A stretch of DNA of 36,673 nucleotides, from assembly GCF_003334315.1 (NCBI RefSeq), contig NZ_QOWR01000049.1, one strand, 5' to 3'. This DNA comes from Escherichia coli (lineage in GTDB: Bacteria > Pseudomonadota > Gammaproteobacteria > Enterobacterales > Enterobacteriaceae). Position numbers and translations under genes: made by a program. Below are positions 1 to 10,300 of this stretch, in pieces (positions within the stretch are counted from its first letter, which is position 1; the number at the start of each line of letters is the position of its first letter). Under the pieces are notes generated by a model that was given only the letters and a program-made list of their open reading frames with translations, searched no databases and was not told the origin of the DNA.

Positions 1-310
1 ATTATATCGAATGTGATTACAATCGGTGGCGGCGGCACAGTTGGTGTGGCGGCCTCAGTCCGGAACAATTTGAAAACCAGAACCTCGCTTAGGCCTGTGT
101 CCATATTACGTGGGTAGGATCAACTTTCAAAAGGCTGGAACTGATTGACAGAATTAACGATATAATAGCCAGGTACTTTCCTTCTGTACTCTCAGCCTGA
201 TCCCAAGTGTGATTCCCTTTCGATATCAAAAGGGACTGCGGGTATAATTGAGGGTACATTTTTAATCAAACCAAGTAAATTATATTAATATCAATATGAT
301 AAAAGAAATT

Positions 311-332
311 TTCGATTCCGAGTCCGGCACCA
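311..332 (+). other. Orphan 3'-terminal fragment of tRNA-Phe (T-arm/acceptor 3' strand ending CACCA), no tRNA body upstream; att-like direct repeat
   Basis: ttcgattccgagtccggcacca matches the last ~22 nt of E. coli tRNA-Phe (GGTTCGATTCCGAGTCCGGGCACCA) with one G fewer; the preceding 54 nt are AT-rich non-tRNA sequence. Confidence 0.6.
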
Positions 333-342
333 AATTCATATA

Positions 343-370
343 AACGGACCTCCACGGAGGTCCGTTTTTC
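343..370 (+). terminator. Intrinsic terminator following the tRNA-Phe 3' fragment
   Basis: Inverted repeat acggacctcc / ggaggtccgt followed by TTTTT. Confidence 0.7.
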
Positions 371-948
371 GTTTCAGGACGCCACTATTTAAGCGTTCTG
401 CCTCCAAATCAATTCTCCCGAACTCAACCAGATTCTCCCCACATCACCAGCAATTTGCGGGCATATCCCAATTCGGGAAAATTTGTTCCTGAGCGATAGC
501 ACTAACTGACGTGAAATGTCGTGCGGCCCCGTGATGTTGTTGAACGTCAAATGACGTCATCAGGAGCGTAACGCATCCATAAAGCACAACACCGGTCTGA
601 ACGCCGACTGATGAGATTTTCTGAATGAGAACAAAGAGAAATGTATCAGTCCGCTTGCTCATGCAAAGACTAACAATCCATTAAAATAGTAAGCGCTCCG
701 GACAATTTTCCATGGATTATTTTCTGAACATTTTTCTTTGGCAAAGATGATGAATTTTGATGGTAAGGAATATTACTTCTGGTTCTCAGTAAAATCCTTT
801 CTTAATACCATGTAATCAAGAAGTTTATGGCTGGTAAAAATAACGTCTTGCATTCACCAATAATATGTAAATAAACCCATCTATAGATGGTAAAAATAGG
901 TTGTGGCAATTATCATTGCATCATTCCCTTTTCGAATGAGTTTCTATT

Positions 949-2487
949 ATGCAACAACCTGTAGTTCGCGTTGGCGAATGGCTTGTTACTCCGTCCATAA
1001 ACCAAATTAGCCGCAATGGGCGTCAACTTACCCTTGAGCCGAGATTAATCGATCTTCTGGTTTTCTTTGCTCAACACAGTGGCGAAGTACTTAGCAGGGA
1101 TGAACTTATCGATAATGTCTGGAAGAGAAGTATTGTCACCAATCACGTTGTGACGCAGAGTATCTCAGAACTACGTAAGTCATTAAAAGATAATGATGAA
1201 GATAGTCCTGTCTATATCGCTACTGTACCAAAGCGCGGCTATAAATTAATGGTGCCGGTTATCTGGTACAGCGAAGAAGAGGGAGAGGAAATAATGCTAT
1301 CTTCGCCTCCCCCTATACCAGAGGCGGTTCCTGCCACAGATTCTCCCTCCCACAGTCTTAACATTCAAAACACCGCAACGCCACCTGAACAATCCCCAGT
1401 TAAAAGCAAACGATTCACTACCTTTTGGGTATGGTTTTTTTTCCTGTTGTCGTTAGGTATCTGTGTAGCACTGGTCGCGTTTTCAAGTCTTGATACACGT
1501 CTTCCGATGAGCAAATCGCGTATTTTGCTCAATCCACGCGATATTGACATTAATATGGTAAATAAAAGTTGTAACAGCTGGAGTTCCCCGTATCAGCTCT
1601 CTTACGCGATAGGCGTGGGTGATTTGGTGGCGACATCACTTAACACCTTCTCCACCTTTATGGTGCATGACAAAATCAACTACAACATTGATGAACCGAG
1701 CAGTTCCGGTAAAACATTATCTATTGCGTTTGTTAATCAGCGCCAATACCGTGCTCAACAATGCTTTATGTCGATAAAATTGGTAGACAATGCAGATGGT
1801 TCAACCATGCTGGATAAACGTTATGTCATCACTAACGGTAATCAGCTGGCGATTCAAAATGATTTACTGGAGAGTTTATCAAAAGCGTTAAACCAACCAT
1901 GGCCACAACGAATGCAGGAGACGCTCCAGCAAATTTTGCCTCATCGTGGTGCGTTATTAACTAATTTTTATCAGGCACATGATTATTTACTGCATGGCGA
2001 TGATAAATCATTGAACCGTGCCAGTGAATTATTAGGTGAGATTGTTCAATCATCCCCAGAATTTACCTACGCGAGAGCAGAAAAAGCATTAGTTGATATC
2101 GTGCGCCATTCTCAACATCCTTTAGATGAAAAACAATTAGCAGCACTGAACACAGAAATAGATAACATTGTTACACTACCGGAATTGAATAACCTGTCCA
2201 TTATATATCAAATAAAAGCGGTCAGTGCTCTGGTAAAAGGTAAAACAGATGAGTCTTACCAGGCGATAAATACTGGCATTGATCTTGAAATGTCCTGGCT
2301 AAATTATGTATTGCTTGGCAAGGTTTATGAAATGAAGGGGATGAACCGGGAAGCGGCTGATGCATATCTCACCGCCTTTAATTTACGCCCAGGGGCAAAC
2401 ACCCTTTACTGGATTGAAAATGGTATATTCCAGACTTCTGTTCCTTATGTTGTACCTTATCTCGACAAATTTCTCGCTTCAGAATAA
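949..2487 (+). CDS. cadC: CadC, membrane-integrated ToxR-like pH/lysine-responsive activator of cadBA
   Basis: 512 aa ORF; N-terminal winged-helix DNA-binding domain, single TM segment (FTTFWVWFFFLLSLGICVALVAF), periplasmic sensor domain; sequence recognised as CadC. Confidence 0.95.
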   Translation: MQQPVVRVGEWLVTPSINQISRNGRQLTLEPRLIDLLVFFAQHSGEVLSRDELIDNVWKRSIVTNHVVTQSISELRKSLKDNDEDSPVYIATVPKRGYKLMVPVIWYSEEEGEEIMLSSPPPIPEAVPATDSPSHSLNIQNTATPPEQSPVKSKRFTTFWVWFFFLLSLGICVALVAFSSLDTRLPMSKSRILLNPRDIDINMVNKSCNSWSSPYQLSYAIGVGDLVATSLNTFSTFMVHDKINYNIDEPSSSGKTLSIAFVNQRQYRAQQCFMSIKLVDNADGSTMLDKRYVITNGNQLAIQNDLLESLSKALNQPWPQRMQETLQQILPHRGALLTNFYQAHDYLLHGDDKSLNRASELLGEIVQSSPEFTYARAEKALVDIVRHSQHPLDEKQLAALNTEIDNIVTLPELNNLSIIYQIKAVSALVKGKTDESYQAINTGIDLEMSWLNYVLLGKVYEMKGMNREAADAYLTAFNLRPGANTLYWIENGIFQTSVPYVVPYLDKFLASE

Positions 2488-2562
2488 GTAACTCCCGGGT
2501 TGATTTATGCTCGGCAATATTTGTTGTTGAGTTTTTGTATGTTACTGTTGGTATAATATGTT

Positions 2563-2592
2563 GCGGCAATTTATTTGCCGCATAATTTTTAT
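2563..2592 (+). terminator. cadC intrinsic terminator
   Basis: Palindrome gcggcaa-tttat-ttgccgc followed by a T-rich run, ~75 nt after the cadC stop. Confidence 0.6.
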
Positions 2593-2599
2593 TACATAA

Positions 2600-2852
2600 A
2601 TTTAACCAGAGAATGCCCCGCAATTTATTGTAAACATTGAATGTTTATCTTTTCATGATATCAACTTGCGATCCTGATGTGTTAATAAAAAACCTCAAGT
2701 TCTCACTTACAGAAACTTTTGTGTTATTTCACCTAATCTTTAGGATTAATCCTTTTTTCGTGAGTATTCTTAGCGCCAGTTTGGTCTGGTCAGGAAATAG
2801 TTATACATCATGACCCGGACTCCAAATTCAAAAATGAAATTAGGAGAAGAGC
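2600..2852 (+). promoter_or_regulatory. Pcad promoter / CadC- and H-NS-bound regulatory region upstream of cadBA
   Basis: AT-rich intergenic region between cadC and cadB; position matches the known Pcad region; individual binding sites not resolved by eye. Confidence 0.5.
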
Positions 2853-4187
2853 ATGAGTTCTGCCAAGAAGATCGGGCTATTTGCCTGTACCGGTGTTGTT
2901 GCCGGTAATATGATGGGGAGCGGTATTGCATTATTACCTGCGAACCTAGCAAGTATCGGTGGTATTGCTATCTGGGGTTGGATTATCTCTATTATTGGTG
3001 CAATGTCGCTGGCGTATGTATATGCCCGACTGGCAACAAAAAACCCGCAACAAGGTGGCCCAATTGCTTATGCCGGAGAAATTTCCCCTGCATTTGGTTT
3101 TCAGACAGGTGTTCTTTATTACCATGCTAACTGGATTGGTAACCTGGCGATTGGTATTACCGCTGTATCTTATCTTTCCACCTTCTTCCCAGTATTAAAT
3201 GATCCTGTTCCGGCGGGTATCGCCTGTATTGCTATCGTCTGGGTATTTACCTTTGTAAATATGCTCGGCGGTACTTGGGTAAGCCGTTTAACCACTATTG
3301 GTCTGGTGCTGGTTCTTATTCCTGTGGTGATGACTGCTATTGTTGGCTGGCATTGGTTTGATGCGGCAACTTATGCAGCTAACTGGAATACTGCGGATAC
3401 CACTGATGGTCATGCGATCATTAAAAGTATTCTGCTCTGCCTGTGGGCCTTCGTGGGTGTTGAATCCGCAGCTGTAAGTACTGGTATGGTTAAAAACCCG
3501 AAACGTACCGTTCCGCTGGCAACCATGCTGGGTACTGGTTTAGCAGGTATTGTTTACATCGCTGCGACTCAGGTGCTTTCCGGTATGTATCCGTCTTCTG
3601 TAATGGCGGCTTCCGGTGCTCCGTTTGCAATCAGTGCTTCAACTATCCTCGGTAACTGGGCTGCGCCGCTGGTTTCTGCATTCACCGCCTTTGCGTGCCT
3701 GACTTCTCTGGGCTCCTGGATGATGTTGGTAGGCCAGGCAGGTGTACGTGCCGCTAACGACGGTAACTTCCCGAAAGTTTATGGTGAAGTCGACAGCAAC
3801 GGTATTCCGAAAAAAGGTCTGCTGCTGGCTGCAGTGAAAATGACTGCCCTGATGATCCTTATCACTCTGATGAACTCTGCCGGTGGTAAAGCATCTGACC
3901 TGTTCGGTGAACTGACCGGTATCGCAGTACTGCTGACTATGCTGCCGTATTTCTACTCTTGCGTTGACCTGATTCGTTTTGAAGGCGTTAACATCCGCAA
4001 CTTTGTCAGCCTGATCTGCTCTGTACTGGGTTGCGTGTTCTGCTTCATCGCGCTGATGGGCGCAAGCTCCTTCGAGCTGGCAGGTACCTTCATCGTCAGC
4101 CTGATTATCCTGATGTTCTACGCTCGCAAAATGCACGAGCGCCAGAGCCACTCAATGGATAACCACACCGCGTCTAACGCACATTAA
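2853..4187 (+). CDS. cadB: CadB lysine:cadaverine antiporter (APC superfamily)
   Basis: 444 aa polytopic membrane protein recognised as CadB; paralogous to AdiC at 25853-27190. Confidence 0.95.
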   Translation: MSSAKKIGLFACTGVVAGNMMGSGIALLPANLASIGGIAIWGWIISIIGAMSLAYVYARLATKNPQQGGPIAYAGEISPAFGFQTGVLYYHANWIGNLAIGITAVSYLSTFFPVLNDPVPAGIACIAIVWVFTFVNMLGGTWVSRLTTIGLVLVLIPVVMTAIVGWHWFDAATYAANWNTADTTDGHAIIKSILLCLWAFVGVESAAVSTGMVKNPKRTVPLATMLGTGLAGIVYIAATQVLSGMYPSSVMAASGAPFAISASTILGNWAAPLVSAFTAFACLTSLGSWMMLVGQAGVRAANDGNFPKVYGEVDSNGIPKKGLLLAAVKMTALMILITLMNSAGGKASDLFGELTGIAVLLTMLPYFYSCVDLIRFEGVNIRNFVSLICSVLGCVFCFIALMGASSFELAGTFIVSLIILMFYARKMHERQSHSMDNHTASNAH

Positions 4188-4204
4188 TTAAAAGTATTTT
4201 CCGA

Positions 4205-4250
4205 GGCTCCTCCTTTCATTTTGTCCCATGTGTTGGGAGGGGCCTTTTTT
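4205..4250 (+). terminator. Intercistronic hairpin with U-tract between cadB and cadA (possible partial terminator / processing site)
   Basis: ggctcctcc ... ggaggggcc (9 bp stem with one G-U pair) followed by TTTTTT, immediately upstream of the cadA SD/ATG. Confidence 0.4.
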
Positions 4251-4266
4251 ACCTGGAGATATGACT

Positions 4267-6414
4267 ATGAACGTTATTGCAATATTGAATCACATGGGGG
4301 TTTATTTTAAAGAAGAACCCATCCGTGAACTTCATCGCGCGCTTGAACGTCTGAACTTCCAGATTGTTTACCCGAACGACCGTGACGACTTATTAAAACT
4401 GATCGAAAACAATGCGCGTCTGTGCGGCGTTATTTTTGACTGGGATAAATATAATCTCGAGCTGTGCGAAGAAATTAGCAAAATGAACGAGAACCTGCCG
4501 TTGTACGCGTTCGCTAATACGTATTCCACTCTCGATGTAAGCCTGAATGACCTGCGTTTACAGATTAGCTTCTTTGAATATGCGCTGGGTGCTGCTGAAG
4601 ATATTGCTAATAAGATCAAGCAGACCACTGACGAATATATCAACACTATTCTGCCTCCGCTGACTAAAGCACTGTTTAAATATGTTCGTGAAGGTAAATA
4701 TACTTTCTGTACTCCTGGTCACATGGGCGGTACTGCATTCCAGAAAAGCCCGGTAGGTAGCCTGTTCTATGATTTCTTTGGTCCGAATACCATGAAATCT
4801 GATATTTCCATTTCAGTATCTGAACTGGGTTCTCTGCTGGATCACAGTGGTCCACACAAAGAAGCAGAACAGTATATCGCTCGCGTCTTTAACGCAGACC
4901 GCAGCTACATGGTGACCAACGGTACTTCCACTGCGAACAAAATTGTTGGTATGTACTCTGCTCCAGCAGGCAGCACCATTCTGATTGACCGTAACTGCCA
5001 CAAATCGCTGACCCACCTGATGATGATGAGCGATGTTACGCCAATCTATTTCCGCCCGACCCGTAACGCTTACGGTATTCTTGGTGGTATCCCACAGAGT
5101 GAATTCCAGCACGCTACCATTGCTAAGCGCGTGAAAGAAACACCAAACGCAACCTGGCCGGTACATGCTGTAATTACCAACTCTACCTATGATGGTCTGC
5201 TGTACAACACCGACTTCATCAAGAAAACACTGGATGTGAAATCCATCCACTTTGACTCCGCGTGGGTGCCTTACACCAACTTCTCACCGATTTACGAAGG
5301 TAAATGCGGTATGAGCGGTGGCCGTGTAGAAGGGAAAGTGATTTACGAAACCCAGTCCACTCACAAACTGCTGGCGGCGTTCTCTCAGGCTTCCATGATC
5401 CACGTTAAAGGTGACGTAAACGAAGAAACCTTTAACGAAGCCTACATGATGCACACCACCACTTCTCCGCACTACGGTATCGTGGCGTCCACTGAAACCG
5501 CTGCGGCGATGATGAAAGGCAATGCAGGTAAGCGTCTGATCAACGGTTCCATTGAACGTGCGATCAAATTCCGTAAAGAGATCAAACGTCTGAGAACGGA
5601 ATCTGATGGCTGGTTCTTTGATGTTTGGCAGCCGGATCATATCGATACGACTGAATGCTGGCCGCTGCGTTCTGACAGCACCTGGCACGGCTTCAAAAAC
5701 ATCGATAACGAGCACATGTATCTTGACCCGATCAAAGTCACCCTGCTGACTCCGGGGATGGAAAAAGACGGCACCATGAGCGACTTTGGTATTCCGGCCA
5801 GCATCGTGGCGAAATACCTCGACGAACATGGCATCGTTGTTGAGAAAACCGGTCCGTATAACCTGCTGTTCCTGTTCAGCATCGGTATCGATAAGACCAA
5901 AGCACTGAGCCTGCTGCGTGCTCTGACTGACTTCAAACGTGCGTTCGACCTGAACCTGCGTGTGAAAAACATGCTGCCGTCTCTGTATCGTGAAGATCCT
6001 GAATTCTATGAAAACATGCGTATTCAGGAACTGGCTCAAAATATCCACAAACTGATTGTTCACCACAATCTGCCGGATCTGATGTATCGCGCATTTGAAG
6101 TGCTGCCGACGATGGTAATGACTCCGTATGCTGCGTTCCAGAAAGAGCTGCACGGTATGACCGAAGAAGTTTACCTCGACGAAATGGTAGGTCGTATTAA
6201 CGCCAATATGATCCTTCCGTATCCGCCGGGAGTTCCTCTGGTAATGCCGGGTGAAATGATCACCGAAGAAAGCCGTCCGGTTCTGGAGTTCCTGCAGATG
6301 CTGTGTGAAATCGGCGCTCACTATCCGGGCTTTGAAACCGATATTCACGGTGCATACCGTCAGGCTGATGGCCGCTATACCGTTAAGGTATTGAAAGAAG
6401 AAAGCAAAAAATAA
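4267..6414 (+). CDS. cadA: CadA inducible lysine decarboxylase (PLP-dependent, fold type I)
   Basis: 715 aa from MNVIAILNHMGVYF...; the ORF-track start at 4228 is an upstream in-frame extension; internal ATG at 4267 has GGAG spaced upstream; ends ...VKVLKEESKK. Confidence 0.95.
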   Translation: MNVIAILNHMGVYFKEEPIRELHRALERLNFQIVYPNDRDDLLKLIENNARLCGVIFDWDKYNLELCEEISKMNENLPLYAFANTYSTLDVSLNDLRLQISFFEYALGAAEDIANKIKQTTDEYINTILPPLTKALFKYVREGKYTFCTPGHMGGTAFQKSPVGSLFYDFFGPNTMKSDISISVSELGSLLDHSGPHKEAEQYIARVFNADRSYMVTNGTSTANKIVGMYSAPAGSTILIDRNCHKSLTHLMMMSDVTPIYFRPTRNAYGILGGIPQSEFQHATIAKRVKETPNATWPVHAVITNSTYDGLLYNTDFIKKTLDVKSIHFDSAWVPYTNFSPIYEGKCGMSGGRVEGKVIYETQSTHKLLAAFSQASMIHVKGDVNEETFNEAYMMHTTTSPHYGIVASTETAAAMMKGNAGKRLINGSIERAIKFRKEIKRLRTESDGWFFDVWQPDHIDTTECWPLRSDSTWHGFKNIDNEHMYLDPIKVTLLTPGMEKDGTMSDFGIPASIVAKYLDEHGIVVEKTGPYNLLFLFSIGIDKTKALSLLRALTDFKRAFDLNLRVKNMLPSLYREDPEFYENMRIQELAQNIHKLIVHHNLPDLMYRAFEVLPTMVMTPYAAFQKELHGMTEEVYLDEMVGRINANMILPYPPGVPLVMPGEMITEESRPVLEFLQMLCEIGAHYPGFETDIHGAYRQADGRYTVKVLKEESKK

Positions 6415-6427
6415 TTAGCTCGTACAA

Positions 6428-6455
6428 GGGAAGTGGCTTGCCACTTCCCTTTTTT
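6428..6455 (+). terminator. cadBA intrinsic terminator
   Basis: gggaagtgg-cttg-ccacttccc followed by TTTTTT, 14 nt after the cadA stop. Confidence 0.8.
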
Positions 6456-6472
6456 GCTCATAAGGAGAACAC

Positions 6473-7930
6473 ATGAAAACACCCTCACAGCCGCGCGCGA
6501 TATACTATATCGTGGCGATCCAAATCTGGGAGTACTTCAGTTTTTACGGCATGCGTGCCTTACTCATTCTCTATCTCACCCATCAGCTTGGTTTTGATGA
6601 TAACCATGCCATCAGCCTGTTCAGCGCATATGCTTCTCTGGTTTACGTTACCCCTATTCTCGGCGGCTGGCTTGCCGACCGCCTGCTCGGCAACCGCACT
6701 GCAGTGATTGCCGGCGCGCTGTTAATGACCCTTGGCCATGTGGTGCTGGGTATTGATACAAATTCAACCTTTAGCCTGTATCTGGCGCTGGCAATCATTA
6801 TTTGTGGCTACGGTTTATTCAAATCAAACATCAGCTGTTTGCTTGGCGAGCTCTACGACGAGAACGATCATCGACGTGATGGCGGTTTTTCGCTGCTGTA
6901 TGCTGCGGGCAATATCGGTTCTATCGCCGCCCCAATCGCCTGCGGCCTGGCTGCTCAGTGGTATGGATGGCATGTTGGCTTTGCCCTTGCGGGTGGCGGC
7001 ATGTTTATCGGTTTGTTGATTTTCTTAAGCGGGCATCGTCATTTCCAGTCCACGCGTAGTATGGATAAAAAAGCGCTCACTAGCGTGAAATTTGCCTTAC
7101 CGGTATGGAGCTGGTTAGTGGTGATGCTCTGTTTAGCCCCAGTATTTTTTACCCTGCTGCTGGAGAACGACTGGTCCGGATATTTGCTGGCGATCGTTTG
7201 CCTCATTGCCGCACAAATCATTGCCCGCATGATGGTCAAATTCCCCGAACACCGCCGTGCTCTTTGGCAAATTGTATTGTTGATGTTTGTCGGGACATTG
7301 TTCTGGGTACTGGCACAACAGGGCGGCAGTACCATCAGCTTGTTTATCGATCGCTTTGTGAATCGTCAGGCATTCAATATTGAAGTACCTACAGCACTAT
7401 TCCAGTCGGTGAATGCAATTGCGGTGATGCTCGCTGGGGTTGTACTGGCCTGGCTGGCGTCGCCAGAAAGCCGCGGCAACTCAACATTGCGCGTCTGGCT
7501 GAAGTTTGCCTTTGGCTTACTGCTGATGGCTTGTGGCTTTATGTTGTTGGCATTTGATGCCCGACATGCAGCGGCTGACGGTCAAGCGTCAATGGGCGTG
7601 ATGATATCCGGGTTGGCGCTAATGGGCTTTGCCGAACTCTTTATTGACCCGGTGGCGATTGCGCAAATCACGCGTCTGAAAATGTCTGGCGTATTAACCG
7701 GGATTTATATGCTGGCAACAGGCGCGGTCGCCAACTGGCTGGCAGGCGTAGTGGCACAGCAGACGACAGAGTCGCAAATTAGCGGTATGGCAATTGCAGC
7801 TTACCAGCGATTCTTTTCTCAGATGGGAGAGTGGACGTTGGCTTGTGTCGCGATCATCGTCGTATTGGCCTTTGCTACCCGTTTTCTGTTTAGCACGCCG
7901 ACGAATATGATACAGGAGAGTAACGATTAA
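6473..7930 (+). CDS. dtpC: DtpC (YjdL) proton-dependent di/tripeptide permease, POT/PTR2 family
   Basis: 485 aa polytopic membrane protein recognised as YjdL/DtpC; AAGGAG SD upstream. Confidence 0.9.
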   Translation: MKTPSQPRAIYYIVAIQIWEYFSFYGMRALLILYLTHQLGFDDNHAISLFSAYASLVYVTPILGGWLADRLLGNRTAVIAGALLMTLGHVVLGIDTNSTFSLYLALAIIICGYGLFKSNISCLLGELYDENDHRRDGGFSLLYAAGNIGSIAAPIACGLAAQWYGWHVGFALAGGGMFIGLLIFLSGHRHFQSTRSMDKKALTSVKFALPVWSWLVVMLCLAPVFFTLLLENDWSGYLLAIVCLIAAQIIARMMVKFPEHRRALWQIVLLMFVGTLFWVLAQQGGSTISLFIDRFVNRQAFNIEVPTALFQSVNAIAVMLAGVVLAWLASPESRGNSTLRVWLKFAFGLLLMACGFMLLAFDARHAAADGQASMGVMISGLALMGFAELFIDPVAIAQITRLKMSGVLTGIYMLATGAVANWLAGVVAQQTTESQISGMAIAAYQRFFSQMGEWTLACVAIIVVLAFATRFLFSTPTNMIQESND

Positions 7931-8166
7931 CTGTCGTAAAAACAATTGGTTATGAATAAATTAACTTTCAGTTTATCACACTAGTAAATCGAGATTAATA
8001 AGTCATTTAAACCATTTTGATGGTTATTTATTAGTGATATCAACTTGAGGTAAGCGTTAGTTTCGATAAGATAAACTGAGTTATTAATAGTCGAGGCAGA
8101 TAATACAGTGTACCGATCTGTCTCTTTATCTACGCTAAATTGAAAGCTGGATTTAGAGGAACCAAA

Positions 8167-9684
8167 ATGTCTGAACAAGAAACACGGGGAGCCAATGAGG
8201 CTATTGATTTTAACGATGAACTGAGAAATCGCCGCGAAAAACTGGCGGCACTACGTCAGCAAGGTGTGGCGTTTCCCAATGATTTTCGCCGCGACCATAC
8301 CTCTGACCAGTTGCACGAAGAGTTTGATGCGAAGGATAACCAGGAACTGGAATCCTTAAACATTGAAGTCTCGGTTGCTGGCCGAATGATGACCCGTCGT
8401 ATCATGGGGAAAGCCTCCTTTGTAACGTTGCAGGATGTCGGTGGCCGTATTCAACTGTACGTTGCACGAGATAGCCTGCCAGAAGGTGTTTATAACGATC
8501 AGTTTAAAAAATGGGATCTGGGTGACATTATCGGTGCCCGCGGTACGCTGTTTAAGACGCAAACGGGTGAGCTTTCCATTCACTGTACTGAGCTGCGCCT
8601 GCTGACTAAAGCACTACGTCCTTTACCAGATAAATTCCATGGTCTGCAGGATCAGGAAGTCCGTTATCGTCAACGTTATCTGGACCTCATCGCTAACGAT
8701 AAATCCCGTCAAACGTTTGTTGTCCGTTCAAAAATTCTGGCCGCTATCCGTCAATTCATGGTCGCGCGCGGCTTTATGGAAGTAGAAACCCCGATGATGC
8801 AGGTAATTCCAGGTGGGGCATCTGCTCGCCCGTTTATTACCCATCATAATGCTCTGGATTTAGATATGTATCTGCGTATCGCGCCGGAGCTGTATCTGAA
8901 ACGTCTGGTTGTAGGCGGTTTTGAACGGGTATTCGAAATCAACCGTAACTTCCGTAATGAAGGTATTTCTGTTCGCCATAATCCTGAGTTCACAATGATG
9001 GAACTCTACATGGCGTATGCGGATTACCACGATTTGATTGAACTGACAGAGTCACTGTTCCGCACCCTGGCACAAGAGGTTCTGGGTACCACTAAAGTCA
9101 CTTATGGCGAGCATGTGTTTGATTTCGGCAAACCGTTTGAAAAACTCACCATGCGCGAAGCAATCAAAAAATATCGTCCAGAAACCGATATGGCCGACCT
9201 GGATAATTTTGATGCTGCTAAAGCATTAGCTGAATCTATCGGTATTACGGTAGAGAAAAGCTGGGGGTTGGGACGTATTGTCACAGAGATCTTTGATGAA
9301 GTGGCAGAAGCACATCTGATTCAGCCAACCTTTATTACGGAATATCCGGCAGAAGTGTCCCCGCTGGCACGCCGTAATGATGTTAACCCGGAAATCACCG
9401 ACCGTTTTGAATTCTTCATCGGTGGTCGTGAAATCGGTAATGGTTTTAGCGAATTAAACGACGCAGAAGATCAGGCTGAACGTTTCCAGGAACAGGTTAA
9501 TGCTAAAGCTGCAGGTGACGACGAAGCCATGTTCTATGACGAAGATTACGTGACTGCGCTGGAATATGGTCTGCCGCCAACCGCTGGTCTGGGTATTGGT
9601 ATCGACCGAATGATTATGCTGTTTACTAACAGCCATACTATTCGCGACGTTATTCTCTTCCCGGCGATGCGCCCACAGAAATAA
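8167..9684 (+). CDS. lysU: LysU, inducible lysyl-tRNA synthetase (class II)
   Basis: 505 aa from [40 protein letters not shown] (the LysU-type N-terminus); the ORF-track start at 8140 is an upstream extension. Confidence 0.93.
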
Positions 9685-9696
9685 ATTTCACTTTAA

Positions 9697-9728
9697 TGAA
9701 CGAAGCAGTCAGGCGACTGCTTCGTTCA
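9697..9728. terminator. Perfect 13-bp stem-loop between convergent lysU and ghoT (probable bidirectional terminator)
   Basis: gaacgaagcagtc-aggc-gactgcttcgttc; A/T-rich flank on the ghoT side. Confidence 0.55.
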
Positions 9729-9802
9729 TCGTTCCGCAAATCCAGTTTTGAGGAGAGACGCTTCGTTTCACGATAACCAGCGGGTCCACTCAACTACAGC
9801 TC

Positions 9803-9976
9803 CTAAAAGAGAGAAAAAAGTAATGCCACAGGCAGACTCATTGGCCAGGTTATTCCGACCAGGAATGCACTAAGTAAACGAATATGTGTTTTCTCATGTG
9901 AGATAAACCAGATAATGACAAAGGATATGTTCACACCAATCACATAAAAAATTAATATTTTAGAGAATAGTGCCAT
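9803..9976 (-). CDS. ghoT: GhoT, small membrane-lytic toxin of the type V toxin-antitoxin system
   Basis: Hand-translated 57 aa ORF MALFSKILIFYVIGVNISFVIIWFISHEKTHIRLLSAFLVGITWPMSLPVALLFSLF (below the 60-aa ORF-track cutoff); two hydrophobic helices; 27 nt downstream of ghoS. Confidence 0.8.
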   Translation of the reverse strand: MALFSKILIFYVIGVNISFVIIWFISHEKTHIRLLSAFLVGITWPMSLPVALLFSLF

Positions 9977-10003
9977 TTTTTATGTTCTTCTTATCCTTCC
10001 TGG

Positions 10004-10300
10004 CTACTTGTAAAACTGACGGAAATAGTCATCAACTGTCATAATGTTGAGGTCAAAATCAATATCCGGTAAGTCTAAGCATTTGAGCCTGATTAAATCT
10101 TCGATTTCACTTGCGGCTAACGATGTCGTTATTGCGAAGGAGTTTTCATTCAATTGTCGTGGTATCCCATATTCATCAGCCACGATAGAAGAGAAATTCA
10201 TATCATACATCAATGATCTTAACCTTAAGAACACTGAGGAATAAGATGATGGATAATCAAAAGAAACAACATAAGTATTGAACTTGTTTTTACCTTCCAT
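10004..10300 (-). CDS. ghoS: GhoS, antitoxin endoribonuclease of the type V TA system
   Basis: 98 aa ORF recognised as GhoS (YjdK), immediately upstream of and co-oriented with ghoT. Confidence 0.88.
   Translation of the reverse strand: MEGKNKFNTYVVSFDYPSSYSSVFLRLRSLMYDMNFSSIVADEYGIPRQLNENSFAITTSLAASEIEDLIRLKCLDLPDIDFDLNIMTVDDYFRQFYK

Noticed and set aside
444-662. 72-aa minus-strand ORF between the tRNA fragment and cadC
   Set aside because: No convincing SD, no recognisable domain, and it lies in the cadC upstream region. I checked the plus-strand frames here for integrase-like remnants and saw none. Left uncalled.
2527-2557. Promoter-like TATAAT hexamer just upstream of the cadC terminator hairpin
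   Set aside because: Any transcript would start inside or at the terminator hairpin and be only a few nucleotides long; more likely chance occurrence in AT-rich DNA.
4228-4266. Longer N-terminal extensions given by the ORF track for cadA (also lysU 8140, adiA 22360, eptA 27249, basS 29603, proP 32415, phnA 36003)
   Set aside because: In each case an internal start matches the known mature N-terminus and, where checked, has a better-placed SD; the extensions run into terminators or promoter elements.
5284-6348. 354-aa ORF on the minus strand inside cadA
   Set aside because: Entirely antisense to the clearly recognisable cadA coding sequence; no independent start or RBS signal; typical shadow ORF. 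The same applies to 22510..23517 (antisense to adiA), 3639..4151 (antisense to cadB) and 16296..16808 (antisense to fumB).
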